This document shows positions 19,747 to 28,913 of a stretch of DNA of 52,253 nucleotides, piece by piece. Below the pieces are notes generated by a model, which saw nothing but the letters and a program-made list of their open reading frames with translations, was not told the origin of the DNA and made no database searches. The stretch's first letter is position 1, and each line of letters opens with the position of its first letter. The translations under genes and the position numbers were made by a program. This DNA is from Planctomycetota bacterium. Its GTDB lineage: Bacteria; Planctomycetota; UBA11346. The DNA lies in NCBI GenBank assembly GCA_038213805.1, contig JBBQSO010000032.1:1-52253 (forward strand). The letters run 5' to 3'.

Positions 19747-21066
19747 ATGCTGAACCGCACCGCCAACCGCCTCGATGAACTCTCGCGCCGCGAGATCCTG
19801 CTCAGCGGCGCCCGTGCCTTCCTCGGCGTCTCGCTGCTGCCGCTGCTCGGTGGCGGGCTGGCGGGCAGCCTGGCCGCGGACGAGCCGCGTGCGCTCGCCG
19901 CCGGCGCCCTGCCGCGCCGGCCGACCGCGCGCAACTGCATCTACCTGTACATGGCCGGGGGCATGAGCCACCTCGACACCTTCGACCCCAAGCCGGGCGC
20001 GGACACCGCCGGCCCGGTGACGGCGATCTCCTCCAACGCCACCGGCATCCAGCTCAGCGAGTACCTGCCGCGCCTGGCCAAGAACGCCAACCATCTCGCA
20101 GTGGTGCGCGGCATGAGCTCGACCCAGGGCGCGCACGAGCCGGGCGAGTACTTGATGCACACCAGCTTCGCCCAGCGTGGCACCATCCGCCATCCCGCGA
20201 TGGGCGCGTGGCTCGGCTACTTCAGCGGTCGCACCAACCCGACCCTGCCGATGAACATCACCATCGGCGCCGGCAGCCGCCATCCTGGCGCCGGCTACCT
20301 GGAATCGAAGTTCGCGCCGCTGCCGCTCGGCAACGCCCAGTCCGGCCTGCAGCACAGCGCGCGCAGCCCGGGCGTCGACCAGGCGCAGTTCGACCGCCGC
20401 ATGGGGCTGGTCGATTCGTTCAACCACGGCTTCGAGGAGCGCTATGACCAGAAGCAGGTGCGCGCCTACAAGGACCTCTACGGCGAAGCGGTGACGTTGA
20501 TGGGCAGCAAGGACCTCGCCGCCTTCGATCTCGGCCAGGAGCCGGAGGCGATGAAGACCGCGTACGGTGACAATGAGTTCGGCCACGGCTGCTTGCTCGC
20601 GCGCCGCCTGGTCGAGAACGACGTGCGCTTCGTCGAGGTGCGCCTGGGGGGCTGGGATACCCACGACGACAATTTCGACCGCGTGCAGACGCGCGCCGCG
20701 CTGCTCGACCAGGGCCTCGCGACGCTGCTCCAGGACCTCTCCGCGCGCGGCTTGCTTGAAGAGACCCTGGTGGTGCTCGCCACCGAGTTCGGCCGCTCCC
20801 CGAAGATCAACGGCAACAACGGCCGCGACCACTACCCCAAGGCCTTTTCATGCCTGCTCGCCGGCGGCGGTATCAAAGGCGGCCAGGTGCACGGCACTAC
20901 CGATGCTACCGGCGCCAACGTTGCCGAGCAGAAGGTCGAGATCCCGGACTTTAACGCGACGATCGGCTACGCCCTCGGCCTGCCGCTCGACCAGGTGGTG
21001 ATCTCGCCCGTCGGCCGGCCCTTCACCCTGGCGGACAAGGGCAAGCCGCTGACCAACCTGTTCTGA
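19747..21066 (+). CDS. DUF1501 protein with Tat signal
   Basis: SRREIL Tat motif, YMAGGMSHLDTFDPK, CLLARRLVE, GGWDTH, TEFGRSP, GRDHYP and AGGGIKGG. Confidence 0.93.
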   Translation: MLNRTANRLDELSRREILLSGARAFLGVSLLPLLGGGLAGSLAADEPRALAAGALPRRPTARNCIYLYMAGGMSHLDTFDPKPGADTAGPVTAISSNATGIQLSEYLPRLAKNANHLAVVRGMSSTQGAHEPGEYLMHTSFAQRGTIRHPAMGAWLGYFSGRTNPTLPMNITIGAGSRHPGAGYLESKFAPLPLGNAQSGLQHSARSPGVDQAQFDRRMGLVDSFNHGFEERYDQKQVRAYKDLYGEAVTLMGSKDLAAFDLGQEPEAMKTAYGDNEFGHGCLLARRLVENDVRFVEVRLGGWDTHDDNFDRVQTRAALLDQGLATLLQDLSARGLLEETLVVLATEFGRSPKINGNNGRDHYPKAFSCLLAGGGIKGGQVHGTTDATGANVAEQKVEIPDFNATIGYALGLPLDQVVISPVGRPFTLADKGKPLTNLF

Positions 21067-21077
21067 GCGAGGACGCG

Positions 21078-22016
21078 ATGGCCATCTCCTGGAAGGGCAC
21101 CGCCGGCATCACTGCGGCGCTACTGCTCGGTGCGCTCGCCGCTCCGGCGGCCGAGCCGGTCAGCTATGACAAGCAGGTGCGCCCGCTGCTCGCCGACCGC
21201 TGCTATTCGTGTCACGGTCCCGATAAGCAGAAGGGCGAACTACGCCTCGACAGCCCGGCGGCGATCCGCAAGGGTGGCAAGCACGGCGACGTGCTGATCG
21301 CGGGCAATCTGGCGAAGAGCCCGCTGTACGCACGCACGCTCCTCGGCGCGGACGACAGCGACGTCATGCCGGCCAAAGGCGACCCGCTCACCGCCCCACA
21401 GTGCGAGGTGCTGCGCCAGTGGATCATGGCCGGCGCGGTCTTCGACGGGGCGACGGCCCCGGTCGCCGCCGCTGCGGCCCCCGGGGCGCCGGCAAAGGCG
21501 GCGGCACCGGTCACGACCGATCTCGACGTGGTGGCCGCCACCGTGCCCGCCCCCGACGCCACGGCGGTCAGCGCCCTCACCGCGAAGGGCGTGATCGTCA
21601 AGCCGGTCGCGAAGGGCACGCTGCTTGAGGTCAGCTGCGCGCACCTCAGCGAGCCGTTCGGCGACGCGCATCTCCAGCTGCTGAGCCGCATCGCCGCCAA
21701 TGTCGCCTGGCTCGACCTGCGCGGCACCGCGCTGAGCGATGCCCAGCTCACCGCCATCGGCGCGCTGCCGCACCTCACGCGCCTGCACCTGGAACGCACT
21801 GCCATCGGTGACGCCGGGCTCGCCCACCTCAGCGGCTGCGCGCACCTCGAATACCTGAACCTCTACGGCACCAAGGCCAGCGACGCCGGCATCGCGCGCC
21901 TCGCCAAGCTGCCGGCGCTGCGCAGCCTGTTCGTGTGGCAGAGCGCGGCGACGCCGGCGGGCATCGCCGCGCTGCGCAAGGCGGCGCCGCAGATTGCGAT
22001 CGACGCGGGGCAGTGA
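21078..22016 (+). CDS. Planctomycete cytochrome c domain plus leucine-rich repeats
   Basis: Signal peptide, V.Y...VRPLLADRCYSCHG...KGELRLD, MP..GDPL...WI..GA, and LRRs LDLRGT/LHLERT/LNLYGT. Confidence 0.88.
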   Translation: MAISWKGTAGITAALLLGALAAPAAEPVSYDKQVRPLLADRCYSCHGPDKQKGELRLDSPAAIRKGGKHGDVLIAGNLAKSPLYARTLLGADDSDVMPAKGDPLTAPQCEVLRQWIMAGAVFDGATAPVAAAAAPGAPAKAAAPVTTDLDVVAATVPAPDATAVSALTAKGVIVKPVAKGTLLEVSCAHLSEPFGDAHLQLLSRIAANVAWLDLRGTALSDAQLTAIGALPHLTRLHLERTAIGDAGLAHLSGCAHLEYLNLYGTKASDAGIARLAKLPALRSLFVWQSAATPAGIAALRKAAPQIAIDAGQ

Positions 22017-22028
22017 GCGGCGACCTCC

Positions 22029-23645
22029 CTACTGCTTCTTTTTCTTCTCCGCCTTCTCGGGCCCCGTCCCGGGGATCTGCGCCGGCGCCGGCGTGCCGTC
22101 GCGCAGGTGGTTGATGGTGTAGCACACCAGGGTGTTGGCCACCGCCTCGCCATCGCTGGCGGTCACGCCCTTCATGGTCAGCTCGTAGATGTAGCCGGGC
22201 TTGAGCTCGGCCAGCGTCAGCGCCACGCCGGTACCGTCCTTGTCGGCGGTTGCGGCGGTGACCGCGACCGGCTTGACGTCGAGGGTGTCGCAGCCGTAGG
22301 TCTCGTGGTACTCGTAATAGTAGCGGCGGAAGGAGTACGATTCCGGCGTGACCGCGGCGGCGGCGACCGGCTTGGTGAAGCGCAGCGCGAAACCGTCCTT
22401 GGTCAGCGAGATCCCCAGCAGATCGAACGGCGCCGTGCCTTTCCAGGTCATGCGCTGGATGCCCTTGCCGCCGGCCCAGCTCAGCGCGGTGTGGCCGATG
22501 TACAGGCCGCCCTGCTGATCGAAGACCATGCGGTGGTTGCCCGCCGACAGGGCGCCGCGGTCGTAGAACGGCAGGCATGCGCCCTGAAAGCCACCGCCGA
22601 CCTCCTCGGTCAGCACGCGCATCAGGCGCGCGGTGTTCATCTCGCCGACGAACACCTGCCCCGCGTAGGGGCCGAATTTTCCGGCGGTGGTGTCGAGCAC
22701 CGGCTGGGTCGGCGAGCACGCCATGATGGTCTGCGGGAAGAACATGGTCTCGCGTGTGCGCAGCTCATCGAGCTTGGCCACGGGCAGGGCGAGCGGGTCG
22801 CCGAGCTTCCACTCCGGCCGCCACACCAGGCTGGCGGGGTGGCCGTAGAAACCGCCCTTTACGACCGTGAAGAGTTTGCTGCTGCCCAGCCAGTCGCCCT
22901 GGTTGTCGGTGACCAGCAGGTGCCCGGCCGCGTCAAAGCCCAGCCCGTCGGGCGAGCGGAAACCGCAGGCCCACGGCGTGACCGCGCCGGTCTTGGCGTC
23001 GATTTTGAGCACCCAGCCCCGGTACGGCACTGCCGAATACATGCGCCCGATCTTCGACTTCGCCTTGTCCCAGTGCGTGTCGGCGTCCTCGCGGCTGACG
23101 CCGAGCTGCCCATAGGTGCCGCGCAGCTCCGTGAAGATGCCGGCACCCTGGGAGGCCACATTGAGCGAGATGAAGCAGTTGCCGTCCTTGTCCTGCACGG
23201 GCCCGAAGGCGAACTCGTGGTAGTTGCCGGTCATGCCGAACTGGTCGGAGACGGTCTCGTAGCGATCGGCCACGCCGTCGCCGTCGCTGTCGATGACGCG
23301 CGTCAGCTCGGGTCGCTGCATGATCAGCAGCTCGCGGTCGCTGACCGCGATCACGCCGAGCGGCTCGTGCAGGCCGAAGGCGAAGGGGTGCCACTGCTTC
23401 AGTGCCGGGTCGTAGATCAGCACCTCACCGCGGTGGAAGCACGCCACCAGCTTGCCGGAGGGGGTCATCGCCAGCGCACCGACCTGGCTGTCGAGGCCGG
23501 GCGGCATCGCCAGGTCCTCGAGCGCGTAGTGGTCGGCGATGGTCGAGCGGGTGGCGGTCGGAGGATGCGCGGCGGCCGCGGCCTGGAGCGGCGCAGCGGC
23601 CGCGCTGAGCAGGACGCAGAGCGCGAGCAGGGCGTGGGTGCTCAT
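22029..23645 (-). CDS. Secreted beta-propeller protein of the PVC glucose/sorbosone-dehydrogenase-like group
   Basis: Start moved to ATG 23645 (ATGA overlap with the upstream stop). Signal peptide, GLHEPLG, DSDGDGVAD, GNYHEFAFG, GFRSPDG, TDNQGDW and GFYGHP. Confidence 0.78.
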   Translation of the reverse strand: MSTHALLALCVLLSAAAAPLQAAAAAHPPTATRSTIADHYALEDLAMPPGLDSQVGALAMTPSGKLVACFHRGEVLIYDPALKQWHPFAFGLHEPLGVIAVSDRELLIMQRPELTRVIDSDGDGVADRYETVSDQFGMTGNYHEFAFGPVQDKDGNCFISLNVASQGAGIFTELRGTYGQLGVSREDADTHWDKAKSKIGRMYSAVPYRGWVLKIDAKTGAVTPWACGFRSPDGLGFDAAGHLLVTDNQGDWLGSSKLFTVVKGGFYGHPASLVWRPEWKLGDPLALPVAKLDELRTRETMFFPQTIMACSPTQPVLDTTAGKFGPYAGQVFVGEMNTARLMRVLTEEVGGGFQGACLPFYDRGALSAGNHRMVFDQQGGLYIGHTALSWAGGKGIQRMTWKGTAPFDLLGISLTKDGFALRFTKPVAAAAVTPESYSFRRYYYEYHETYGCDTLDVKPVAVTAATADKDGTGVALTLAELKPGYIYELTMKGVTASDGEAVANTLVCYTINHLRDGTPAPAQIPGTGPEKAEKKKKQ

Positions 23646-24709
23646 GGCTTCGCCTCCGCGCCGGCGCGCAGGGTGATGGTGAAGACCGCCGTGCCCGCCG
23701 CTGGCGTGATGCGCAGGACGCCGTCGGCGAAGATCCCCGCGCTGGATGAGAAGCGCGCGGCCGCGTCCTTGGCCACCACGTACTGCAGCGGCTTGTCCGT
23801 GGTCACCACGTAGTTCTGGGTCAGCGCCTTGCCACCCTCGGCCTCGCGCAGGGTCTCGGTGACGGTGGCGCCATCGAGCTCGTAATGGAATTCGGGATAG
23901 CCCTGCACCAGCGCATAACCGCGGAAGCGCACCGCGGGCTCCGCGCCGGTCGTGAAGCGCAGCGGCGCAGCGGCGTCCGCAGTGAAGGTGCGCGTGCCCA
24001 GCAGCTTGGCCTTGCCGTTGCCGTTGCCCTTCCAATAGGCGTGGTTGTCGACGAAGGCGCCCGTCCATACGTAGCGCAACCGGCACGCGCCCGCGTCCCA
24101 GCAGCAGTTGAGCTCGCCCGGCAGGGCGATGGCCAGCGCCGCCGGGCCGGCATCGGGCATGAACATGCGGTAGAGGAAGGGTCGCAGCGTGGGGAAGGCG
24201 TGCTCCCTGACTTCCTTTTCTTCGACGACCGGCGCCTCGGCCGGCATGGGCACGCCCACGTACATGTCGCCGAACATCACGAACCCGTGACCGGGGAAGG
24301 TGCACACGTACGGGTAGATCCCGGGCTCGGCCGGCGCGGTGAAGCTGAGCTTCGCGGTGTGGTGCGGCTTGACCGCGGGCAGCGCGAACAGCACCTCGGG
24401 CATCTTCGGCACGAAGCCGAGACGCTCAGCGTCGGCACCCAGGGCCAGCGCGGCGTTGACCACGTCCAGGCGCTTGCCCGGCCTGGTGATCACCAGGTTG
24501 TGCGGCATGTCGGTGGTGTCCTCGTTGCTGAACTCGATGTCGACGTGCGCGCCGGGCGCGACCGCGAAGCGCTTGACGCTGTACTGCAGGCCGGTGACCG
24601 CGGTGATGCGCAGCGGCGACCGCTCGCCTTCCGCAGCGTGAAGTGCGACGGCCACCAGGACGAGGATGGCGGCTCGCAGCAGTCGGCGCAGGAGGGGTGG
24701 TTGGTTCAC
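23642..24709 (-). CDS. Azurin/auracyanin-like type 1 copper protein with extra C-terminal domain
   Basis: GTG start after GGAG and a signal peptide. MPHNLVI and YPYVCTFPGHGFVM supply the His-Cys-His-Met ligands. Confidence 0.85.
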   Translation of the reverse strand: MNQPPLLRRLLRAAILVLVAVALHAAEGERSPLRITAVTGLQYSVKRFAVAPGAHVDIEFSNEDTTDMPHNLVITRPGKRLDVVNAALALGADAERLGFVPKMPEVLFALPAVKPHHTAKLSFTAPAEPGIYPYVCTFPGHGFVMFGDMYVGVPMPAEAPVVEEKEVREHAFPTLRPFLYRMFMPDAGPAALAIALPGELNCCWDAGACRLRYVWTGAFVDNHAYWKGNGNGKAKLLGTRTFTADAAAPLRFTTGAEPAVRFRGYALVQGYPEFHYELDGATVTETLREAEGGKALTQNYVVTTDKPLQYVVAKDAAARFSSSAGIFADGVLRITPAAGTAVFTITLRAGAEAKP

Positions 24710-24916
24710 GAAGTCTCCATAAGGCCACTGCCCGGCGCTCGCTGGCGCGCGGGCGGGGTGGCAGATTATTCGCCGCCGTGCCAGTCACGTTCACCACTGG
24801 TTGCCGGAGGTCATGTCAGGAACGCGCAGATCCTTGCCCAGGACGATCCTGCCTCATGACCGCCGATCAGCGCGGCCATGACCTGGCCCGGCCGGGCGTG
24901 GTCGCGCCACCGCCGC

Positions 24917-26146
24917 TCAGGCCTTGGCCGGCTTCTCGTCGGGATCGGAATAGTCGGGCCCACCGAGCATGCCCGACTGGCGGAGCTGCGCGGTCAGCTC
25001 CTTGCGCACCAGTTTGACGCCGCTCAGCAGCTCGTCGCCGCTGGTGGCCAGACCGGCGCGGATCAGGTACTTGGCGATCGCCTGATAGCCGTGCAGGGCC
25101 TGCGGGCCGAGCGCCATCTGCACGTGCTGCGGCGGCAGCGCCTGGGGCAACACCTGAAGGAGCAGCCCGGCGAATTCCTGGGCGTTGAGATCGGTGAGCG
25201 CGGCGTGGATGGCGCGCGCGGCGAGCTGCTCGAGCAGCGGCCCAAGCTGGCCCGCGAGCTGGCGCAGCGGCGCCGGCAGCGCCAGGCACTCGGGGCTCGC
25301 CTGGAAGGCCTTCCAGTCGATGGGCACGGGCGCGGGGCCGGCCTCGCCTGCGCCGTCCACGGGCGGCTCTTCGCCAGGCATGCTGCCATCCAGGGCGTTG
25401 GCATCGTCCGCGTGCCCCGGTGCGTTTGGCGTCGGCGACGCCACTGCGTCGGTGGGCGCCGCGACCTGCGCCTTGGCGGGCACCGCGGGTGGCGCCGCCG
25501 GTGTCGCAGCGGGCAGGAGATCGGCGAAGTACGCAGTCCACGGCCCGGTCAGCTCGCGGATGGTCTCGGTATCGCGGCCTTCGCTGGTCTTACGCTGGCG
25601 CTGCAGCTCGAAGCGGTCGCAATACTGGTCCTGCTCCAGCACCTGCTGGATGAGCGCGCCCAGTTCCGGCGCGCCGAGCACCGCCAGCACGCGCGTGGCG
25701 TGCTCAGCCAGGCCGCTGCCACCGGCCTTGGTGCGTGCGATCTCGATCTGCACGCGCGCGTCCAGCGCGGCGGCCAGCCCGGGCGAAGCCAGGCCGCGCG
25801 CGGCGATCACCGCCAGCGCCAGGTAGCCGTTCTCGCGGGTGTTGAGCTTGCCATCGGCGATGGCGGTGAGCAGCGCCGCCTCGCTGCCATCGCCAGCGCT
25901 GGTGCTGCGGCCGAGCGCCCAGCCCGCGGCCTTGCCCGCGCCGCCGCTCTTCGCGAGCTGGGCGATCAGCACGCCCTGCGCGCCATTGACGGCATGGATG
26001 CCCGCGACGATGGCCAGGGCGGTAGCGTGCGCGTCGCTCGCCGGCGCGCCGAGCGCGGCCGCGATGGCCGCCGCGTCCGCGGGAGCGGCCGCGATGGCCG
26101 CCGCGTCAAGTTTGCCATCCGGGGTGAGTACAGCAGCAGTCAGCAT
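24917..26146 (-). CDS. Hypothetical helical protein (HEAT-like N-terminus, Pro/Ala linker, helical C-domain)
   Basis: ATG 26146 preceded by GAGGA. Protein-like composition. Lies directly downstream of rpiB. Confidence 0.65.
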   Translation of the reverse strand: MLTAAVLTPDGKLDAAAIAAAPADAAAIAAALGAPASDAHATALAIVAGIHAVNGAQGVLIAQLAKSGGAGKAAGWALGRSTSAGDGSEAALLTAIADGKLNTRENGYLALAVIAARGLASPGLAAALDARVQIEIARTKAGGSGLAEHATRVLAVLGAPELGALIQQVLEQDQYCDRFELQRQRKTSEGRDTETIRELTGPWTAYFADLLPAATPAAPPAVPAKAQVAAPTDAVASPTPNAPGHADDANALDGSMPGEEPPVDGAGEAGPAPVPIDWKAFQASPECLALPAPLRQLAGQLGPLLEQLAARAIHAALTDLNAQEFAGLLLQVLPQALPPQHVQMALGPQALHGYQAIAKYLIRAGLATSGDELLSGVKLVRKELTAQLRQSGMLGGPDYSDPDEKPAKA

Positions 26147-26211
26147 GGCGGGATCCTCGTGCGGGGGCAATTCGTACCGCATCGCCGCAGCGGTGCCAGC
26201 GCTGCCGGGGC

Positions 26212-26664
26212 TCAGCTCTGCGGCAGGCCGGCGCGCTCGCAGGCGGCGATCTTGTCGAGGCGGCGCTGGTGGCGGGTCTCGAAGGTCGCACCCAGCCAGG
26301 CATCGACCATGGCCAGCGCTGTCGGCACGTCGACGAAGCGCGCGCCCAGGGCCAGGGCCTGGGCGTCGTTGTGCGCGCGCGCCAGGCGCGCGGTCTCGAC
26401 CGAATGCGCCAGTCCGCAACGGATGCCCGGCACCTTGTTGGCCACGATGCTGACCCCGATGCCGCTGCCGCAGATCAGCACCGCGCGCTCGGCGCGCCCG
26501 GCCGCGACCGCCCGGCACGCCGGCGCGGCGTAGTCGGGGTAGTCGCACGACGCTGGACTGTCGGTGCCGAAATCCTCGACCGCATGCCCCTGCGCACGCA
26601 GGTGCGCCGTGATCGCGGCCTTGTGGTCGAGGGCGGCGTGGTCGCTGGCGATGGCGATGCGCAT
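26212..26664 (-). CDS. rpiB: Ribose-5-phosphate isomerase B
   Basis: IAIASDHA, DYPDYA, ICGSGIG, ANKVPGIR, AHNDA, F..RHQRR. Confidence 0.96.
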   Translation of the reverse strand: MRIAIASDHAALDHKAAITAHLRAQGHAVEDFGTDSPASCDYPDYAAPACRAVAAGRAERAVLICGSGIGVSIVANKVPGIRCGLAHSVETARLARAHNDAQALALGARFVDVPTALAMVDAWLGATFETRHQRRLDKIAACERAGLPQS

Positions 26665-26686
26665 GGGAGGGCTCCTGCGGAGCCCG

Positions 26687-26870
26687 GTCCGGAAGTCCGG
26701 AGGTCCGGAAGTCCGGAAGTCGGTGAGGGACTGCGAGAAGCGAGGGAACGCCGGTAGCCTGCCCTGTCCATCCTCAAATGAAACAGGCCCGATGACATGG
26801 TCATCGGGCCTGATCCCTGGCAGCGCTTGGCTGTCCGACTTCCGGACTTCCGGACCCCGGACCTCCGGAC
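26687..26870. repeat. Fold-back element, GTCCGGAA family, copy 2
   Basis: Left arm 26687-26723 (4 octamers plus GTCGG). Right arm 26835-26870 (CCGAC TTCCGGAC TTCCGGAC CCCGGAC CTCCGGAC). Spacer of 111 bp. Confidence 0.95.
26776..26812 (-). terminator. Intrinsic terminator of tig
   Basis: CAGGCCCGATGAC-ATG-GTCATCGGGCCTG at 26784-26812 forms a 13-bp stem, followed by TTTCATTT on the minus strand. Confidence 0.8.
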
Positions 26871-26877
26871 CTTCCGT

Positions 26878-28167
26878 CTACCCCTTCGCCTGCGCCGCCT
26901 CGGCGCCGCGACCCAGCACCTTGTCGAGCAGCACCTCGAGCGCCTTGGCCTCGCGGATCTCCTGCACGACCTGGTTGACCTGGCCGCTCTTGCCGAGCTG
27001 GTCGGCGATCTCCTGCGGCTTGCGGCCGCTGCGCTGGGCGGCCATCTGGATCTGGCTCTCGAGGTCGTCGCGGCTGACCTGCACCTGGTGGGCCTCGGCG
27101 ACGGCGTCGATCAGCAGGTAGCGCTTCAGCGACTTCTCGGCCTCGATCGCGCCATCGCTCTTGAGCTTGGCGATTTCGTCAGCGCTCTTGCCGTCCTGCT
27201 CGGCCTGCTTGACCTTGGGGTCGACGTTCTCGGCGATCATGCCGGCCAGCAGTTCGGGCGGCACGGCGAAGCTGGTCTTGGCGAGCAGCGCGTCGGTCAG
27301 CTCGGTGATCTGCTTCTGGTGCTGCTCGAGCTCCTTCTGCTGCTTGAGCTGGTCGCGCAGGCGGGTCTTGAGGTCCTCAAGGCTCTCGGCGCCCAGGCGC
27401 TTGGCGAGCGCGTCGTCCGCAGTGGCCGGGCGCTGGCGCTGCGCGCTCTGCACGGTGACCGCGACCTCGGCGGCCTGGTTGGCGGCCTCGACCGGGGCGA
27501 ACGAGCCCGGCAGGGTGGTGTTGAAGCGCACTTCGGCGCCGACGCCCTTGCCGGCGAAGGCGGTGATGACCTCGGCGGGCGCCTTGCCGAGCAGCGAGTA
27601 GCCACCAACCAGGTGGTGGAAGTCGTGGAGCTTGCGCACTTCCTTGCCAGCGACGGTGACGTTGCCGACCAGGGTGATGCTGTCGTCCTCCTGGACGGTC
27701 TCGCCCTCATTGAGCGGGGCGAGGGTGCCGGCGCGCTTGCAAAGATTGGTGACGGCCGCCTCGAGGTCGGCATCGGCGACGGTGATCTCGGCGTTGGCCA
27801 CGCTCAGCGCGGACGGGGCGGGCAGCTCGATGGTCGGCTTGACCTCGAAGCTGACGCTGAAGGTCAGGCCGTCGGCGGTCGAGCTGGACTCGTTCTTGAG
27901 CTGCCCGATCGGCTTGAGGTGATGCTCGGCGACGCCCTGCTTGAAGCCCTCGTCAGACAGCTCTTCGCGCGCCTGCTGGTCAGCGGCGGATCCGAAGCGC
28001 TTTTCCACCAGCGCCTTCGAGGACTTGCCCGGGCGGAACCCGTCGAGCTTGACTTCACCGGCGAACTTTTTGAGCACTTTGTCGCGACGGGCGTTGACCT
28101 CGGCGGCGGCGTAGGTGACGGTGAGCTTCTTGCGCAGGGTGCCTGCGTCGGTGATGGTGGCCTGCAT
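26878..28167 (-). CDS. tig: Trigger factor
   Basis: MQATIT...RKKLTV, ribosome-binding loop DGFRPGK, FEVKPTIELP, FKBP-like middle region, and C-terminal IRE.KALE. Start ATG 28167. Confidence 0.92.
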   Translation of the reverse strand: MQATITDAGTLRKKLTVTYAAAEVNARRDKVLKKFAGEVKLDGFRPGKSSKALVEKRFGSAADQQAREELSDEGFKQGVAEHHLKPIGQLKNESSSTADGLTFSVSFEVKPTIELPAPSALSVANAEITVADADLEAAVTNLCKRAGTLAPLNEGETVQEDDSITLVGNVTVAGKEVRKLHDFHHLVGGYSLLGKAPAEVITAFAGKGVGAEVRFNTTLPGSFAPVEAANQAAEVAVTVQSAQRQRPATADDALAKRLGAESLEDLKTRLRDQLKQQKELEQHQKQITELTDALLAKTSFAVPPELLAGMIAENVDPKVKQAEQDGKSADEIAKLKSDGAIEAEKSLKRYLLIDAVAEAHQVQVSRDDLESQIQMAAQRSGRKPQEIADQLGKSGQVNQVVQEIREAKALEVLLDKVLGRGAEAAQAKG

Positions 28168-28293
28168 GGTCTTCTCGCGGCTGTGGGTTTCCGGATCGGG
28201 GGCATCCGGGTGGCGGGCCGTCCTTGAGGTCGGCGCGCCCTGGTGGGGTCGAAAATGGGTTGGCAGCTTGGCGCCGTCCCGGCCAGGAGCAAG

Positions 28294-28430
28294 GTCCGGA
28301 AGTCCGGGGTCCGCAAGTCCGGAAGTCACCCCTGCTCGGGATCCCTGCCACGTTCAGATCACGTCATTGATCATGTGAATCCGCTCACAACAGCGTCTCA
28401 ACGAGACTTCCGGACTTCCGGACCCCGGCC
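28294..28430. repeat. Fold-back element, GTCCGGAA family, copy 3
   Basis: Left arm 28294-28327, right arm 28405-28430, spacer of 77 bp. Confidence 0.92.
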
Positions 28431-28447
28431 GCGTCCGCGCGGCCCGC

Positions 28448-28909
28448 TCACCCCCCAAACGCGGCGACCACGCCGTGGGGGTCGCGCGCGGCGAGCATCG
28501 CGGCCAGGACGTCGGGGCGGCTGAGACGTCCGGCGACGGCGGCCAGCACCTTGAGGTAGGTCGGGCGGTCGCCTTCAGGCGCGGCGATCATCACCACCAC
28601 GCGCACCGGCTTGCCGTCCTTGGCGCTGAAATCGCAGCCCGCCGGCACCAGGGCGATGCCGATGGCAAAGCCGGTGATGGTCGCCATCTGCGCGTGCGGG
28701 ACGGCGATGCCGCCACCGATGCCGGTGCTGGTGACGTCTTCGCGGTCGAAGAGCGCCTTGAGGTAGGCGGTGCGGTCGCCGACCTCGCGGGCCTCGGCGA
28801 CGGCGTCGCCCAGTTCGAGCAGCACCGTGCGCTTGTTCGGCGAGCCGGCGAGGACCAGGACCCGCTGCGGACTGAGGAACGGCACCAGCGAGGGGAAGGC
28901 GGTGGCCAA
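28448..28909 (-). CDS. PTS IIA domain protein (Ntr/Fru type)
   Basis: REDVTSTGIGGGIAVPHA (phospho-His), DGKPVRVVVMI and YLKVLA. TTG start. Confidence 0.9.
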   Translation of the reverse strand: MATAFPSLVPFLSPQRVLVLAGSPNKRTVLLELGDAVAEAREVGDRTAYLKALFDREDVTSTGIGGGIAVPHAQMATITGFAIGIALVPAGCDFSAKDGKPVRVVVMIAAPEGDRPTYLKVLAAVAGRLSRPDVLAAMLAARDPHGVVAAFGG

Positions 28910-28913
28910 GACC

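Noticed and set aside
23646..24305. Apparent long N-terminal extensions (also 37116-37451, 46431-47183 and 26147-26548) suggesting frameshifts or overlapping genes
   Set aside because: The extensions are Arg/Gly/Ala-rich off-frame reads of the upstream gene. Proper starts with stop overlap or an SD exist downstream.
28168..28447. tRNA gene, often found upstream of tig
   Set aside because: No cloverleaf or TpsiC (GTTCRA) arm was found on either strand.
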